DNA of 64,000 nt from Sphyrna mokarran (lineage: Eukaryota). This document shows, in pieces, positions 40,145-52,766 of this stretch. The position numbers and the translations under genes are program-made. The notes under the pieces were generated by a model, which was not told the DNA's origin, made no database searches, and worked only from the letters and a program-made list of their open reading frames with translations. The DNA is taken from NCBI GenBank assembly GCA_024679065.1, contig JAGIQG010000008.1, positions 20,584,001 to 20,648,000 on the forward strand, in the 5' to 3' direction. Position 1 is the stretch's first letter; every line of letters begins with the position of its first letter.

Positions 40145-40663
40145 CTGAAAAAGAAGTTCAAATCAATCACGAAAAGCATCAGCCTTGAATCTTCTTCCAG
40201 CTAATTCTTGTTACAAGATTTGACTTATTATTGTCGCATGTACTGGGATACAGTGAAATAGTATTTATTTTGCGTTATACAGGTAAAACATACTGTTTGT
40301 AAATTGCATAGAGGCAAAAAAAAGATAGGGTGCAGAATATAGTTACAGGTAGGATAAAGAGAAAGATCAGCTTAATATAGGATAGGACCATTCAAAAGTC
40401 TGATGACAACAGGGAAGAAACTTGAATTTGCCAATACATGTTGTACTCTCCAAATGGTTCTGACTGTTATGAAAATATTTTGAAAATATTTTTGTTTCTT
40501 CTTAAGTGTAATTATTTTTCAGTTTGGTAAAACTCTTATTGATTAATGCATGATTTATTCACAAAAAAGCTTGACTGCTAAACCTACTTGTACAAACAAA
40601 ATAGATAATGACATGGATACAAAAATACTAATATCATTGTCACTGCAATGTTATGGATATTAA

Positions 40664-41761
40664 GGGCCCGATATTACTATTGCATCGTGCAGAAAACTTC
40701 GTAAAGTTGATTGAGGCGATTAGCATGATCCACACCCATATCTGCACAGATGCCCAAGCCTGAAAATGGCCGCAATCCAAACCACATCCAAAATGGGCGC
40801 GACATCAATTTAAATGCATTTGCATGCATTTAAATTGACTAAATGAGATGGATGCCCAATCTTACCAGCATTTTCCTCTTTACCCTCACATTCGCCCGTC
40901 CAGATCCCGCGTGAAACAGACATGCTTGGCAAAGGTCTGTTTCAGGCACTCCAACTTCTGAAGGGGTAAGTTTAGAACTTCCAATGGCTCTCTGACTCAT
41001 TGTTTTGAGGGGGGCGAGAGTGGGCTGGATCATTCCCTGACAGGAGGGGGAGGAGGCAGGCCAGATCATTCTCTGCTGGAGGGGGGAAAAGAGGCAGGTT
41101 AGATGTATCTATGTTGGGGGGGAGAAGGGAGAGAGGCCCGATTATTCTCTGGTAGTGGTGATGATGGTGGTGGTGATGGGGGAGGAGGGCAGAGGTATCT
41201 CCGATGGGAGATGGTAATGGGGGGGGGGGGGGGGAATGCCAGACAGTGTTCTGGTGAGGGGAGGGATGGAGGAAGCCAAATGGTCCTCTCGAGGAGGGGA
41301 GGAAGGGAGAGGCACAATGGTCCTCTGGTAGGGAGGGCAGGGGAAGAGGCTTGCCTGCCATTTTGTGGGCGATCAGTGGGGAGGAGTGGGGCAGGAGGGT
41401 TACAGTCAGACTGGGTAGCATGGAGGGGTGGATAAGGAGGACAGTTATGTTGTGGGGGTGGGGCAATATCTATGGGGATTATCGCTCCCACATTTCTGTC
41501 CCAGACCACTTTATCTGCTTTTTGCGACCCGGGAGCGATGTGACAAGGGGGACGTTTTTCAACTTTCTTTTTTCACTGCACACACGCAGTTGAAGGCTCC
41601 AATCAGAGCTGCCATGTTTTGGGCGCGATAAGCCCAGCCCACAATGTGATTCAGACTCGTGACTTTTTTTTCATATGGGGGCACCTGACAGCAGTTTTCC
41701 AAATCAGATCTGAATTGCGCCCAGATACAGCACTTAGAATCAAAATGGTAAAATCAGGCCC
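40664..41761. mobile_element. Full-length non-autonomous PIF/Harbinger element (MITE-like, 1098 bp)
   Basis: TIRs gggcccgatattactatt and (reverse complement) gggcctgattttaccatt, with TAA on both flanks (40661-40663, 41762-41764); no transposase ORF. Confidence 0.8.
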
Positions 41762-42704
41762 TAAGGGCGATTCCACAATCCTGTATTATCCATTGGAGAC
41801 GTAGAGTTTATTAAGAGTGATCAAACCCTGTATGAACTACCAGCAGAAACATAACTATTTGCAATAATGTCATTAAAAATATTTAATGCATGCAGTTAAA
41901 AATAATTGCAAAATTATTCTTGAAGATAATATTTACATCAGCAAATCTTAAAGAAGATTTAGGCTGGATTTTCATACCCACATGGAGTCAAGGATGGTGT
42001 TTAAAATCACCAAAACTTTGTTTATTTCATGGCAAATTTAAACTTTCTGTATAAAACAGACCCACATAATCTTCTAATAGATGGGAAGATGTTTGGGTTA
42101 GGGTTGGGTCAAGATTTTACATGCACATCCCATGACATCAGGGTCACCAGTGACCACTCAAACAGAAATATTTACTTCCTATTACCCAATATTTTTAACA
42201 GTCAAGTGGTTTGGGAAGACTTCTGAAGTGCAGTCCCTGTCCTCTGCCACCACACCTGGAAAAAATCCAGCCACCAACTGCACACCTTTGCTTGATTAGG
42301 CCATTTGTTTTGAAATAGAACAAAGACATCACCCTTTTTTTAATTTCAATAGGCTTCATTGGAGTTTCAAGGGTTTGTTTTGACAACTGAATCCATTATG
42401 AATGCTTGGCTGAACAGCTTAGCTTTGTAAAAGGATATGCATACGGTTTTAAGGGGTTACTAAAGGATTACTAGCCTTTGATATGGTTTCTAAATAAATA
42501 TTTTTTGAACTGCATAACCGCTCAAGAGGACTTCCTTTTCAATGGATCTGGAGTTGTTTTCTGTGTACCATAAATAAGTGTCTTTGAATAATGGTTCCAC
42601 TCGATGGTCAGAAAATTTTTAAAGGTCCCGTTCTAAGGATTCCCACTGCTATTATACGATGTCTGTATATAGTGGATACTTGTTGATGGCTATGAAGGAT
42701 ATAT

Positions 42705-42912
42705 AAAAGATAAAGTTGCTATAGTCCCAGATGACCATAGGCAGTGACTGGTAGTGATTTAACCCAAGGATAAGTATACCTCAGGTGAGAGTCAAGGTTG
42801 AGAAGGTGGGCCTTCATGAATAATCTCAGGGGGTACGGGAATTTAACTCACACTGTTAATGTCGCTCCACATCACTATTCAGCCCTCCAGCCAACTGGGC
42901 TAAATGATACCT
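42705..42912 (-). mobile_element. Short tRNA-derived SINE (distinct family)
   Basis: Minus head tagcccagttggctgga...gagttaaattccc; tail cctatggtcatctgggactatagcaactttat. Confidence 0.6.
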
Positions 42913-43212
42913 TGCAGACGCTTAGGAGCTCCATTATCTGCACACTCCTCTCCATGTTGTATGGCATCATGACTTGGAAATAAACTCACACCTTCATTGT
43001 TGGATCAAAAACTTGGAACTCCTTCCAAAGAAATTGTGAGACATAGCTATAGCACACTGCAATGATTCAAAAAGTTGGCTCACCATCAATTTCTCCAGGG
43101 CAGTTATTAAGGAGCAATAAATTTTGCCCTTGTTCAGATCTCACAATTGAATATAAAAAGAAATTCACAAAAACCAAGGCTTGCTGAATGATTGGTTATG
43201 TGAGTAAATTGT

Positions 43213-43512
43213 GGACAGCATGGTGGCACATGGTTAGCACTGCTGCTTCAGATTGCCAGGGACCCTGGCTCAATTCCCAACTTGGGTCACTACATGTGTG
43301 GAGTTTGCACATTCACCCTGAGTCTGCATGGGTTTCTGCCGGGTGCTCCAGTTTCCTCCCACAGACCAAAAGAAGCCCTGGTTAGATGCACTGCCCATGC
43401 TAAATACTCTCTTAGTGTATCTGAACAAGCATAGGAATGTGACGACTAGGGAATTTTTGCAATAACTTCATTCAAGTATTAACGTAAGCCTACTTGTGGC
43501 ACTAATAAATAA
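43213..43512 (+). mobile_element. HE1-like V-SINE
   Basis: Head ggtggcacatggttagcactgctgc, V-core, tail gtggcactaataaataa; partial copies at about 31955-32150, 35300-35505 and 51645-51760. Confidence 0.88.
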
Positions 43513-43707
43513 TTTTTTTAAAAAAATGTCCACTTCTTAACAAAACATGTACTGCTACATTGCATAACCCAATGCACAAAATAGACAATTGCATTTCAGA
43601 TGGAAGATTAATTGACAGGGTATGATAAGTTAATTAACATTTCAATCTAAATTAATCTTTTACACTTCAACATATACCACAGTGGTTGTGTAATGAAACA
43701 AACTTAC

Positions 43708-43876
43708 TATCTTCATCAGTGTATATATCAATCAGTTCACTTGTCTGAATTTCATCCCCCAGGATATTGTTGGCTGTCACCCATAATTTATAGTGGCTGA
43801 ATTTGGCCAAGTTAACCAAAAGTACTGTCACATTTGCATTTTCACCACGACTTTCTTGGTCAAAGTCAGTTATATT
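43708..43876 (-). CDS. PTPRQ: PTPRQ exon, FN3 C-half (NLAKFSHYKLWVTANN...IDIYTDED)
   Basis: tttttcag acceptor, A|gtaagt donor, 169 nt, phase 0 to 1. Confidence 0.94.
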
Positions 43877-44931
43877 CTGAAAAACAATATTGAACAACTC
43901 ATTACAGGTGATTTTTATTATATTGCTAGTGCAATTAAATAACCAAATAGCATTTTTTCAATATATTTGATTACTGTTTTGTTTTGATCAATCAGCTTGC
44001 CGAAGTATTTGTTATTTCCAATGATTCAGTAAGCTCTACTTTTGAAAATTACATCAGTTACAGATTAATTTTGGAATTATTGAAGTGGTTTGTATAACAT
44101 AATTCTGTATGCTTCATAAATCTATGAATTATAGCTTGGTATATTAACAAATGAATGTAAGACAATTTGCCTCATCTCAGCTGACCTCCATAGCTGCCCG
44201 AGAAGCAAAGTTGGTGTGGCACCAACTCACTCCACAATAATTCATCCCACACCCATAATGGTCTGCGGGTGGACTAAATAGCCTGCCAGTCCAATCTCCA
44301 CCCCTCACTGGAGACGAAGCTCCCCAGGGATGTTTACCAGAAGCGGTCATCCAAATCCAATCCGATATCTTCAGTTATGTATAAGCATATGAATTAGGAG
44401 CAGGAGTAGGTTACTTGGTTCCTTAAATCTTCAATAAGGCCATAGCTGATCCGAATGTAACTTCAATCTCACTTTCCTGTCAACCACAATAACTTTCCAC
44501 CCCCTTGTTAATCAAGAATCTATCTAGCTCAATCTTAGAATTTGGACTCTGGGTGGGATTTTCCATCTCTCCCCTCACCATCCCCCAGTCCGCCACATGT
44601 TCCACAGTGTCAGAGGTAGCCCATCATTGATTGGCAGTGGGATGTTCTGGTGTTGCCATTGTCAATGGGGTTTCCCAGGAAACCTGTCTACTGTCGGCAG
44701 GACCAGAAAATTCTGTTGGCATGACCTGTTGGAAAATTCTGATCTCTGCTTTTGGGAAGAGAGTTTCAGAGACATGTGACCTTCCAACAGAAAAAAAGAT
44801 CCCCCTATCTCTTGTTAAGAGTAATTTTTAGCTCTGGTTCATTAGAACCCACAAAGCTCTCATTGTTTTCAATTAACTGCTTAATATGGTCATGGAAAAT
44901 ATGACAGCAGTTAAAGCAGGAAACATCATAC

Positions 44932-45074
44932 CTGTGTGAAAACATCAGAAATATTTCTGTAGTGAACTGTGTAATATTGAACATTTCCAGTAGGTTTAAA
45001 GGGAGCGTTCCAAAACACCTGAATGGATGTGGAACTTTTGTTGACATAGGAGATAACGCCTTCCGGGTTCCTTG
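44932..45074 (-). CDS. PTPRQ: PTPRQ exon, FN3 N-half (RNPEGVISYVNKSSTSIQVFWNAPFKPTGNVQYYTVHYRN)
   Basis: ttttcctgcag acceptor, CAG|gtatga donor, 143 nt, phase 1 to 0; this frame is not in the ORF track. Confidence 0.92.
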
Positions 45075-45144
45075 CTGCAGGAAAACATGCAAGCATTAGC
45101 TAAATGGTTTCTTCCAACAAATTAATGTTATGTTTGATCTTTAT

Positions 45145-45725
45145 TAACAGGAGGTTTGAGTTTAAGAGCCATGAGGTTATGATTCAACTGTACCTTGGTG
45201 AGACCACATTTGGAATATCGTATGCAGTTCTGGTCACCTCACTATACAAAGGATGTTGAAGCATTGGAGAGACTGCAAGGGAGATTTACCAGGATGGTGC
45301 CTGGTTTGGTGGTAGGTTTTATGAAGAAAGATTGAGGGAGCTAGGGCTTTTCTCTTTAAAGCGGTGGAGGATGAGAAGTGATTTAACAGAGGTTTATAAG
45401 ATAATGAGGGGGATAGATAGAGTGGATGTTCAGAGACTATTTCCTCAGGTAGATGTAGCTGTTACTAGGAAGTATAACAATAATGTTCATGGTGGGAGAT
45501 ATAGGAGGGATGTTCAAAGTTCTTTATTCAGAGAGTGGTGGGGTACGGAATGGATTACTTGTTGTTGGACACTTTAGAAACTTTCAAGCAGTTTTTGGAT
45601 AGGCACATGGAGCACACCAGAATGATAGGTAGTGGGATAGATTGATCTTGGTTTCGGACAAAGCTTGGCACAACATCGAGGGCTGAAGGACCTGTACTGT
45701 GCTGTGTTGTTCTACGTTCTATGTT
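45145..45725 (+). mobile_element. CR1 LINE 3' fragment
   Basis: LVRPHLEYRMQFWSPHYTKDVEALERLQGRFTRMVPG (CR1 ORF2 C-terminus) followed by a tail ending gttctacgttctatgtt. Confidence 0.9.
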
Positions 45726-46426
45726 AAAAAGAACTGGTTAGGACTCATATCGATTATTCTAACCAATTCTGGGAACCTCAACTTGGCAAAGATATCAAGA
45801 CTGTGAAAACTGTGCACAAGACATTTACAAGAATAATACCAGAAGTTTATAACTTCAGTTATGCAGAGAGACTAGAGAAGCTGATTTGTTCATCTTACAG
45901 AATAGAGACAGTTTAGGATATTTTGTTAAAATGGCATGGACCTGTTGGGGCTGCATGACTGCCTTTGTATTGTAAACATTGGGCCATAACTCCCATCAAG
46001 TGGCAATCAGTGTCAGTTTGTCAGTCTGTACCCACTTACTTGCACCTAATTCCTTTCTGCCTTCTTGTCCGACCTTCCTGCTTCAGACCGGATGAGATGT
46101 AGGCAGCACAGGAATCATCAGGGCCTGGTGACAAAGACTAAATGAATCGCAGCGAAGGAGGACATGCCCCCTTTTTAAGGCTACTGCTGTAAAGATCCTA
46201 TTGAAAATAACACAAGCCAGCGAGTAGGTAAATGTCTAAGATAAGTGGATGGTAGTTTGATGGTGACAAAACTGCAGGTGGGCAGAAGTTGGGGAGGGGG
46301 GGCTTGCACATGAAGGGAGGGGTATATGGGGAGTAGGACATGAAGAGTTGGATATCAAGGGCTGGGGGATCGGATGGTGTGGGTTTGGGGAGTCACTTAT
46401 GATGTTGGAGATTTGGACATGGGGGT

Positions 46427-46635
46427 TGTAATGACTTTAATGAGATCCATGAGTGGGACCTGCTGAAATATGAGCTCCCTAATTGGGACCTGCTAAGACA
46501 TACACTGTAAGGTGTCCCGATCACTGGCACTCAGGGTGAATACTCTTTACTGGCAAGAATCTGCCTGAGTGTTGCAAACTATTGTAAATAAATCAGTTTT
46601 GGTGAAGGGACACTGGCCTCTCTGCAGTTACTTCA
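46427..46635 (+). mobile_element. Short solo-LTR-like repeat
   Basis: Starts tgtaatgac, ends gttacttca, aataaa near the 3' end; interrupts a G-rich repeat; no clean TSD. Confidence 0.55.
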
Positions 46636-47444
46636 AGTGGTGGTTGGACATGGGGGAAGGGAGACATGGAAAATTTTGAATTTTGGGAGTTCAAACATTG
46701 GAGGAGTTGGCCAATGGGTGGGGGCAACAGACAATTGAGGACTGATTTATACAAAGCCAACTGTCCCTCTCTAATGGAGGGTGATGGCTATGATCCTTTG
46801 TGGACTATGGCTTTTCACCTTACCATAAACTTCAAGTGTAACTAGTTTGCTGTAACACACTGCAGGATGTCTGGAAATAATTTTAAAAAGTTTGGTACTA
46901 TCCACGATAGAACAGCCTGATTGCTTGGCATCCCAACTACCATCTTAAACATTCACACACATCCCCCACCCCCTCACCACTGGTGCACTGTACCTGCAGT
47001 ACATAAAGACTACAAGACGCAATGCAGCAACTCTCCAAGTCAAACAACCACCCAAACCTACGATTTCTACTATCTAGAAGAACAAGAACTGCAGATGCAT
47101 GGAAACACCACGATCTCCAAGCCACACAGCATCCTGACTTGGAAATATACTTCCGTTCCTTTATCATCAATAGGTTAAAATCCTGGAACTCCATTCCTAG
47201 CAGCAACGTGGGAGTATCTTCATCCCATGGACTTCACTAGTTGAAGAAGGCAGGTCATAATGATTTTTCAAGAATAATTAGGGACGGGCAAGAAATGCTG
47301 GCTCTGCCAGTGACATCCCATAAATTAATTTAAAAAAATGTTTTAATGAAGAAAAATGCATTACTTTATAAGTTTCTGGAATAATTAATCATCAATAATG
47401 GCAACATTTTAATACCAATTTAAAAAGTTAGTGCAGATACTTAC

Positions 47445-47605
47445 AACTCTCAGATATTCTAAATGTGATGTTATTACTTTTCATTCCACCATCACCAAAT
47501 CTAGTACTTGCTGTTACAAAAGCATAGTATTCAGTATTATTGTCCAGGTTTTTCAGCAGTGAAGATGTTCCAGTCTCATTTAAAATTAGTTCTGTTGTTG
47601 CACTC
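47445..47605 (-). CDS. PTPRQ: PTPRQ exon, FN3 C-half (NLDNNTEYYAFVTASTRFGDG)
   Basis: ttacag acceptor, T|gtaagt donor, 161 nt, phase 2 to 1. Confidence 0.95.
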
Positions 47606-48770
47606 CTGTAATAAAAGTCTTGTATTATTTCATACCATATTTGAGCTAATCTTAATTTATCCATTGCAGAAAGAATTGCTCCACTTCACTGCAGAATCTA
47701 ACTGTTTCTTAAATAATTCTCCTTCTCCCACTCCAGTCTCCTAGCTAGGAGTCCATTCTATGTACAAATCACTCTTTGTATGAAGAACAACTTTCTGACC
47801 TCAGTCCTAAATGTATGTGCTGCCAGGTGAAACGTTTTATCCTCTGCCCTGCTCACACAATTTAATATAAAGTAGTTATATGGATTAAGCTTTCCAATTT
47901 CATCCACTCACTTATATAAAATATATCTTCATTAATTCCTTTCAAGACTGAAAGGATTTATCCAGTCTTTTCTTATAACTCAAACCTTTTGGAAATTTTA
48001 CTAAAAGTTAATTGATGTCTTTTTTGAGAATATATAAATTAGGATTAGTAGCAGGCCACTTGGCCCCTCAAACCTACTCCTTCATTCAATAAGATAATGA
48101 CTGATCTAATTTTAATATCAACTTCACAATGCTGCCTTCCTCGATTACCTTTCACTCCCTTGCTTATCAAGAATCTGTCTGCTTTTGTCTTAAAGATAAT
48201 CAACGAATCAATCTCAACCACCTTCCGGGAAACAATATGTTGAGTTTAGTTTTTTAATTCTTAAGCAGAATAATGTTGAAATTACACATATCTAAGCTTA
48301 ATTTTTAAACAAAATTATGTAGCAAACATATATGAAGTAATTAGAGAATTAAGTCATCAGGGATGTATGCAGCTCAAACTGAACTTGGTTGCGGACTTTT
48401 TAGTAACCATCATTATCTTGCTCTATCCTGTGAAAAGTAATATTGAGAGAAGGCAGCATGAGTGAGCATGGAAGAGAAGGCTATAATTTGAAAATAAAGC
48501 TCTAGCCTCTTTAACAATTTCCTTTTAAACTTAATTTTTCTTTTCAAGCTTTTGCAATTTTTCACAATGCCTTACCAACTTGTTGCCCCGAAAATTCAGC
48601 AGACCATGTAAAGTTCCATTGATCTCGGGTGGGAATTTCCAACCTTTGTGCGCACGTGGCGGGGGAATCTCACTATTTGCTTCTTTTTGAGAAAATTCCA
48701 CCTTGTGTATACAATTTGCTATGAATTAAAATGTATTGTTAAAGTTAACAACCAACTTACTAAATCTTAC

Positions 48771-48891
48771 CAAATATAGACTGTGTAGTAGAGAATCACT
48801 CCATTTGGTTCCACAGGAGGCTTCCATGATAGATGTACAATGGTAGAAGACAACTGTTTTGATGCGAGTGATTGTGGAGGAGAGCCAGGTA
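48771..48891 (-). CDS. PTPRQ: PTPRQ exon, FN3 N-half ([41 protein letters not shown])
   Basis: ctatag acceptor, TG|gtaaga donor, 121 nt, phase 1 to 2. Confidence 0.95.
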
Positions 48892-49346
48892 CTATAGATT
48901 GTGAATAGAAAATAGTTTTGTATATGAGTGTTGAATCAAAATTTGAAGGTGGAATATCAACAATTTACATTCTGTCCATTTTAAATTAGAAACTGAAATC
49001 AGTCAAATAATGTAACGAAGGAAATAATTTAGTTTCTGTCAATGTGATGCAAAGGATGTTACCGCCCTTTACAGTAAGACCTACATTACAATAGTGTGAT
49101 GACCCATATGTTTTGGGGAGCATTTATTTTCTCTTTGTATGTGGACCTGTAAAAAAATGTGAGGAAGCATTTTGAAAGAGGCTTAACTGGTTTCCTGATT
49201 ATTACAGCATTAGGCTACAAGAAATACTCACATGATCCGGATTTGCCATGTGGACAAGCATCTAAAAGCAAAAAGTAAGTGGAAAGCTAATTGCTGTGAG
49301 GTTGGATTTTAACTCTTTTCTCTGTTTAGCAACTGAGAAGATTATG

Positions 49347-49523
49347 GATGGGATTTTCATGCAACCTGCCGTGTGTTTTGCCATGTCGGTGGGATCTTCT
49401 GGTCCTGCCATTGTCAGTGGGTTTCCCATTGAATGCTCTCCTCACCGATAGAAAAGTGCAGTGGTGCTGCATCAAGGACAGGATTGGAAGATCTCGCCAG
49501 TGGATGGCTGGAAAATTCTGGCT
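49347..49523. mobile_element. Short MITE with GG(C/T)GG(A/G)ATTTTCC-type TIRs
   Basis: Ends ggatgggattttc and gaaaattctggc; same family at about 44550-44742, 52341-52677 and 54325-54500, with fragments at 4940-5060, 30125-30225, 48590-48702 and 50795-50925. Confidence 0.65.
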
Positions 49524-52356
49524 TATGACCCTGTGCAAAAAAAATTAAGGAAGACCCTTGCCAAATGAAACAAGTGAAACAGTTGTCTATCTGGCAGTCT
49601 TTGATGCTGGCATTGAAGCAGGTCTCTGAGAATAGAACTGAGACTGTGTTATGTAGTTGGAGCACTGAGGCCAGGAAGAATAAAGGATTGTGAATTGGAC
49701 AACACCAACTGATCCTTTAAGGTGGTTTCAGAACCCAACAGGCTGTTAAAAAAGGTAAGAAAAGAGAGCCCCTGAGGCTCTTCTGCAAAAAGCATGTGTC
49801 ATCACATGTTTATGTCATGTGTATCACTTGTTGGTGATAAAACTGAAGATGGAATACGGCTGCTGGTGAAAGAGCCTCTAGAGTCAAAAGGATTGGATGG
49901 GAAATTAGAGATGTGATGAAACAAAGGCTGAGTTGAAAAGACTATGAAATTGCATGTGGCCCCATGTGTGTGGTAAGTAATGCAAATGGTTATTACTCTG
50001 TAAGCTGTATCTTTGCTGTATCAGTTATTTAAAATTATATTTATCATTTTTTTAAACATCCTTCACCTGTTACTTAATTTTTCAGTTATATTGACTTTAA
50101 TTGGTTTGTTACTATCAAGATTTTAAAATGCGAAACCTTGTTCAACAATTTACTTTCCGTTAGAAGATATCAGTCGCGATTCTTTGACCTCGCCTGTGCA
50201 GGTCCCGTTGCAATGGATGGAGATTTGGCTGAGTGCAAAATTCTCAATTTTCATTGGCAGCAGGAGCTATTCTTCTTTGAAAATCATTTTAATAACAATA
50301 TTTTTGTTACTACGCAATATTAGCCATATAATTTAAGGCCGAACCTTTGCACTAGATTAGGTAAACAAGTCTCTGGAATCTACAATCTGCTGACTCAAAG
50401 ACAATGTTATCATTGAGCCACTGACACCAATCCCTGGAAACAAGCAAATCTGTTGTATACATGACCCAGGATGCAATGGAAGTTAGAGTGCTACAATTTT
50501 ATGAATAACAAAATGGGAGAAGGATATTTGCCCATCATGCTTGTTCCGTCTTTCAATAAAATCATGGTTGATATGCCTGTGTTTTGAATTTCTATCTACC
50601 CCTTTGATTCACTTGCCTAACAAGTATCCACCCTTGTCTATCTTAAAAATATTCAATACCCTTCCTCCACCACATTCTAAGTTGCACAACCCTCTGAGAG
50701 AAAAAAATTCTCCTCATCTGTCCTAAAAAGCGACTCCTAATTTTAAAACAGAGTCCCCTAGTTCTGGATTCATCCACTAGAGGAAACATCAGGCAAGATT
50801 TTCTGGTCCTGCCTGCCATAAGAATCATAACAGGCATGACAGAAAATACAGCAGATCATTTAATGGTCTGTTGATGGTGGGCAAGAATTTCTGCCTTTGG
50901 GATGAGTGAGGTTGGAAAGTCCTGTCACTCCTTTCCATGCCCACCTTGTCAGTACTGTTCAGGATCTTACATATTTCGATAAAGCCACTCTGCACTCTTC
51001 TAAACTCCAGCGGCACTACCAAGAGTGTCCCTGCTCCATTCCATCCAGCATCCTTGTGAGGGCCACCTCCAAGAAACATGCTTCTGAGCTGCCAACCCCT
51101 ACAATTGTTAATGCCAGTTGCCAAATCCGCTGTGGGTCACCCTTCCAAGGTCACAAGGCCAGCCCCAATCGGGTTCCCAGCCAAGTGCGCAGGAAACCCA
51201 GCACATATTCAAATCTACACATTTCAATACAATTAACGGGTTTGCAGCCCCAATCAAATGGCTCCCAACTCCCCACCAGGATCTGCAGCAAGCAGGCTTT
51301 GGTCCAGCTCCTCGCAAGGGAGCACTTAGTGTGTTGGACTTCGAGCATCAAGGAAGCACCACAAACTGCTGAGAGGCTGTTTCTTGCAGCCATGTTAGAA
51401 TGTCTCTGCTCCACTCCATCCAGCATCCTTGTGAGTGCCGCCTCCAAGAAGCATACTTCTTAGCTGCCAACCCCTACAATTGTTCTGGAAGTAGTGCTGG
51501 GGAGTGCTGTGTATATTAAGCTCCCCAGTGCTTGCAGCTGTTAATTCGTTGCGGGCCAGCCAAAACAGTGCTGGAATGGTGTGAAACTTGTGGGCATAAA
51601 AATGATCACTAATGAGGCATAAGATTTGGCCTGAATATGCTCTGACTTGGTAGTGCAGTGATTAGCACTGCTGCTTCACAATGCCAGAGATCCAGGTTCA
51701 ATTTCTGGCTTGGATCACTGTCAGTGTGGAATTTTATGTTCTCCCTGTGTCTGCACGGAGAGGCCACAAAGTCAAAACCAAGGCTTTCTCCATGTGAAGC
51801 ACAACGATTGGCCAACTTCACCAACTTTGAACTCTGCCAACCACCAAGCAATACAACAAACTCAAACAACAGAAAACAATCAGCAATCAACTGAACATAG
51901 TTTTTAATATATTTAAATTGTACCTCCTACTTCTGTACGCATATTCAGCTGTGCAACATTAAAAGAAGGCATTTGCTTTAACAGAGAGGTTAAAAATGGC
52001 AACGCTGGTATCAAATCAATGTTACATATATCAACTACAGAGTAACAGTGCAAGCTCCTAACGCTTGTGTTACTGACCTTCCCAAAATGCCATCCATTGT
52101 AGAAGATGCCAGAAGCATGCACGTGCATTGCTGTTCCCATTTTGGGACCAAAATAACTATGGGTGCTGCAGAACTGAATTTGTGACCCAGATTTCAAAGC
52201 TGCTCCCCAGAGAGAAAAAGATTCAACTGCATGAACAATATTTTTATGCTTATGGTATCAAGCATAATCCAAAAGATAAAATGGTTTTTAAAGTATTGGA
52301 CTGTTATTTTAAACGCGTAAATATTTCTATGAAAAATTATGGCTGGAATATTCCTG

Positions 52357-52573
52357 ATGTGGAGATGCCGGCATAGAGCTGGAGTAAACACAATAAGAAG
52401 TTCCACAACATGAGGTTAAAGTCCAACTGGTTTATTAGGTAATAAATGCCACTAGCTTTTGGAAGTAGTTCAGAACTCCCCACTCACCTGACAAAAGAAC
52501 AGCGTTCTGAAAGCTAGTGGCATTTACTACCAAATAAACCTGTTGGACTTTAACCTGATGCTGTGAGTTTCTT
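52357..52573. mobile_element. Penelope-like inverted terminal repeat insertion with 15-bp TSD
   Basis: About 67-bp inverted arms (52393-52460 vs 52509-52574) flanked by the exact direct repeat gctggaatattcctg at 52342-52356 and 52574-52588. Confidence 0.75.
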
Positions 52574-52766
52574 GCTGGAATATTCCTGCCATTCACGCTG
52601 GTGGGATTCTTCCATCCCACAGCAGCGAATGGAGATTTAGCTGGGTGGGGTATGAATGGCCAGAAAATTCTGGCCCATATGTTTCAAAATAATAAGACAA
52701 TCCTTTTAACCCACAGAGTCATTATAATTTATTGTTAAAACAGAACAGATTTTTAAGTATGCTTAC

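Noticed and set aside
40972-41593. Pro/His/Gly-rich ORFs up to 164 aa
   Set aside because: By-products of the G-rich core of the Harbinger MITE; the same applies to ORFs at 5330-5743 and 13183-13554.
41765-41830. INSTS...LWNRP*YP* across the MITE empty site as an FN3 relic
   Set aside because: Spacing between STS and W does not fit FN3, and there are stops and no splice sites.
50906-51463. 185-aa plus-strand ORF
   Set aside because: GTG start, spans MITE, LINE and duplicated sequence, and shows no recognisable domain.
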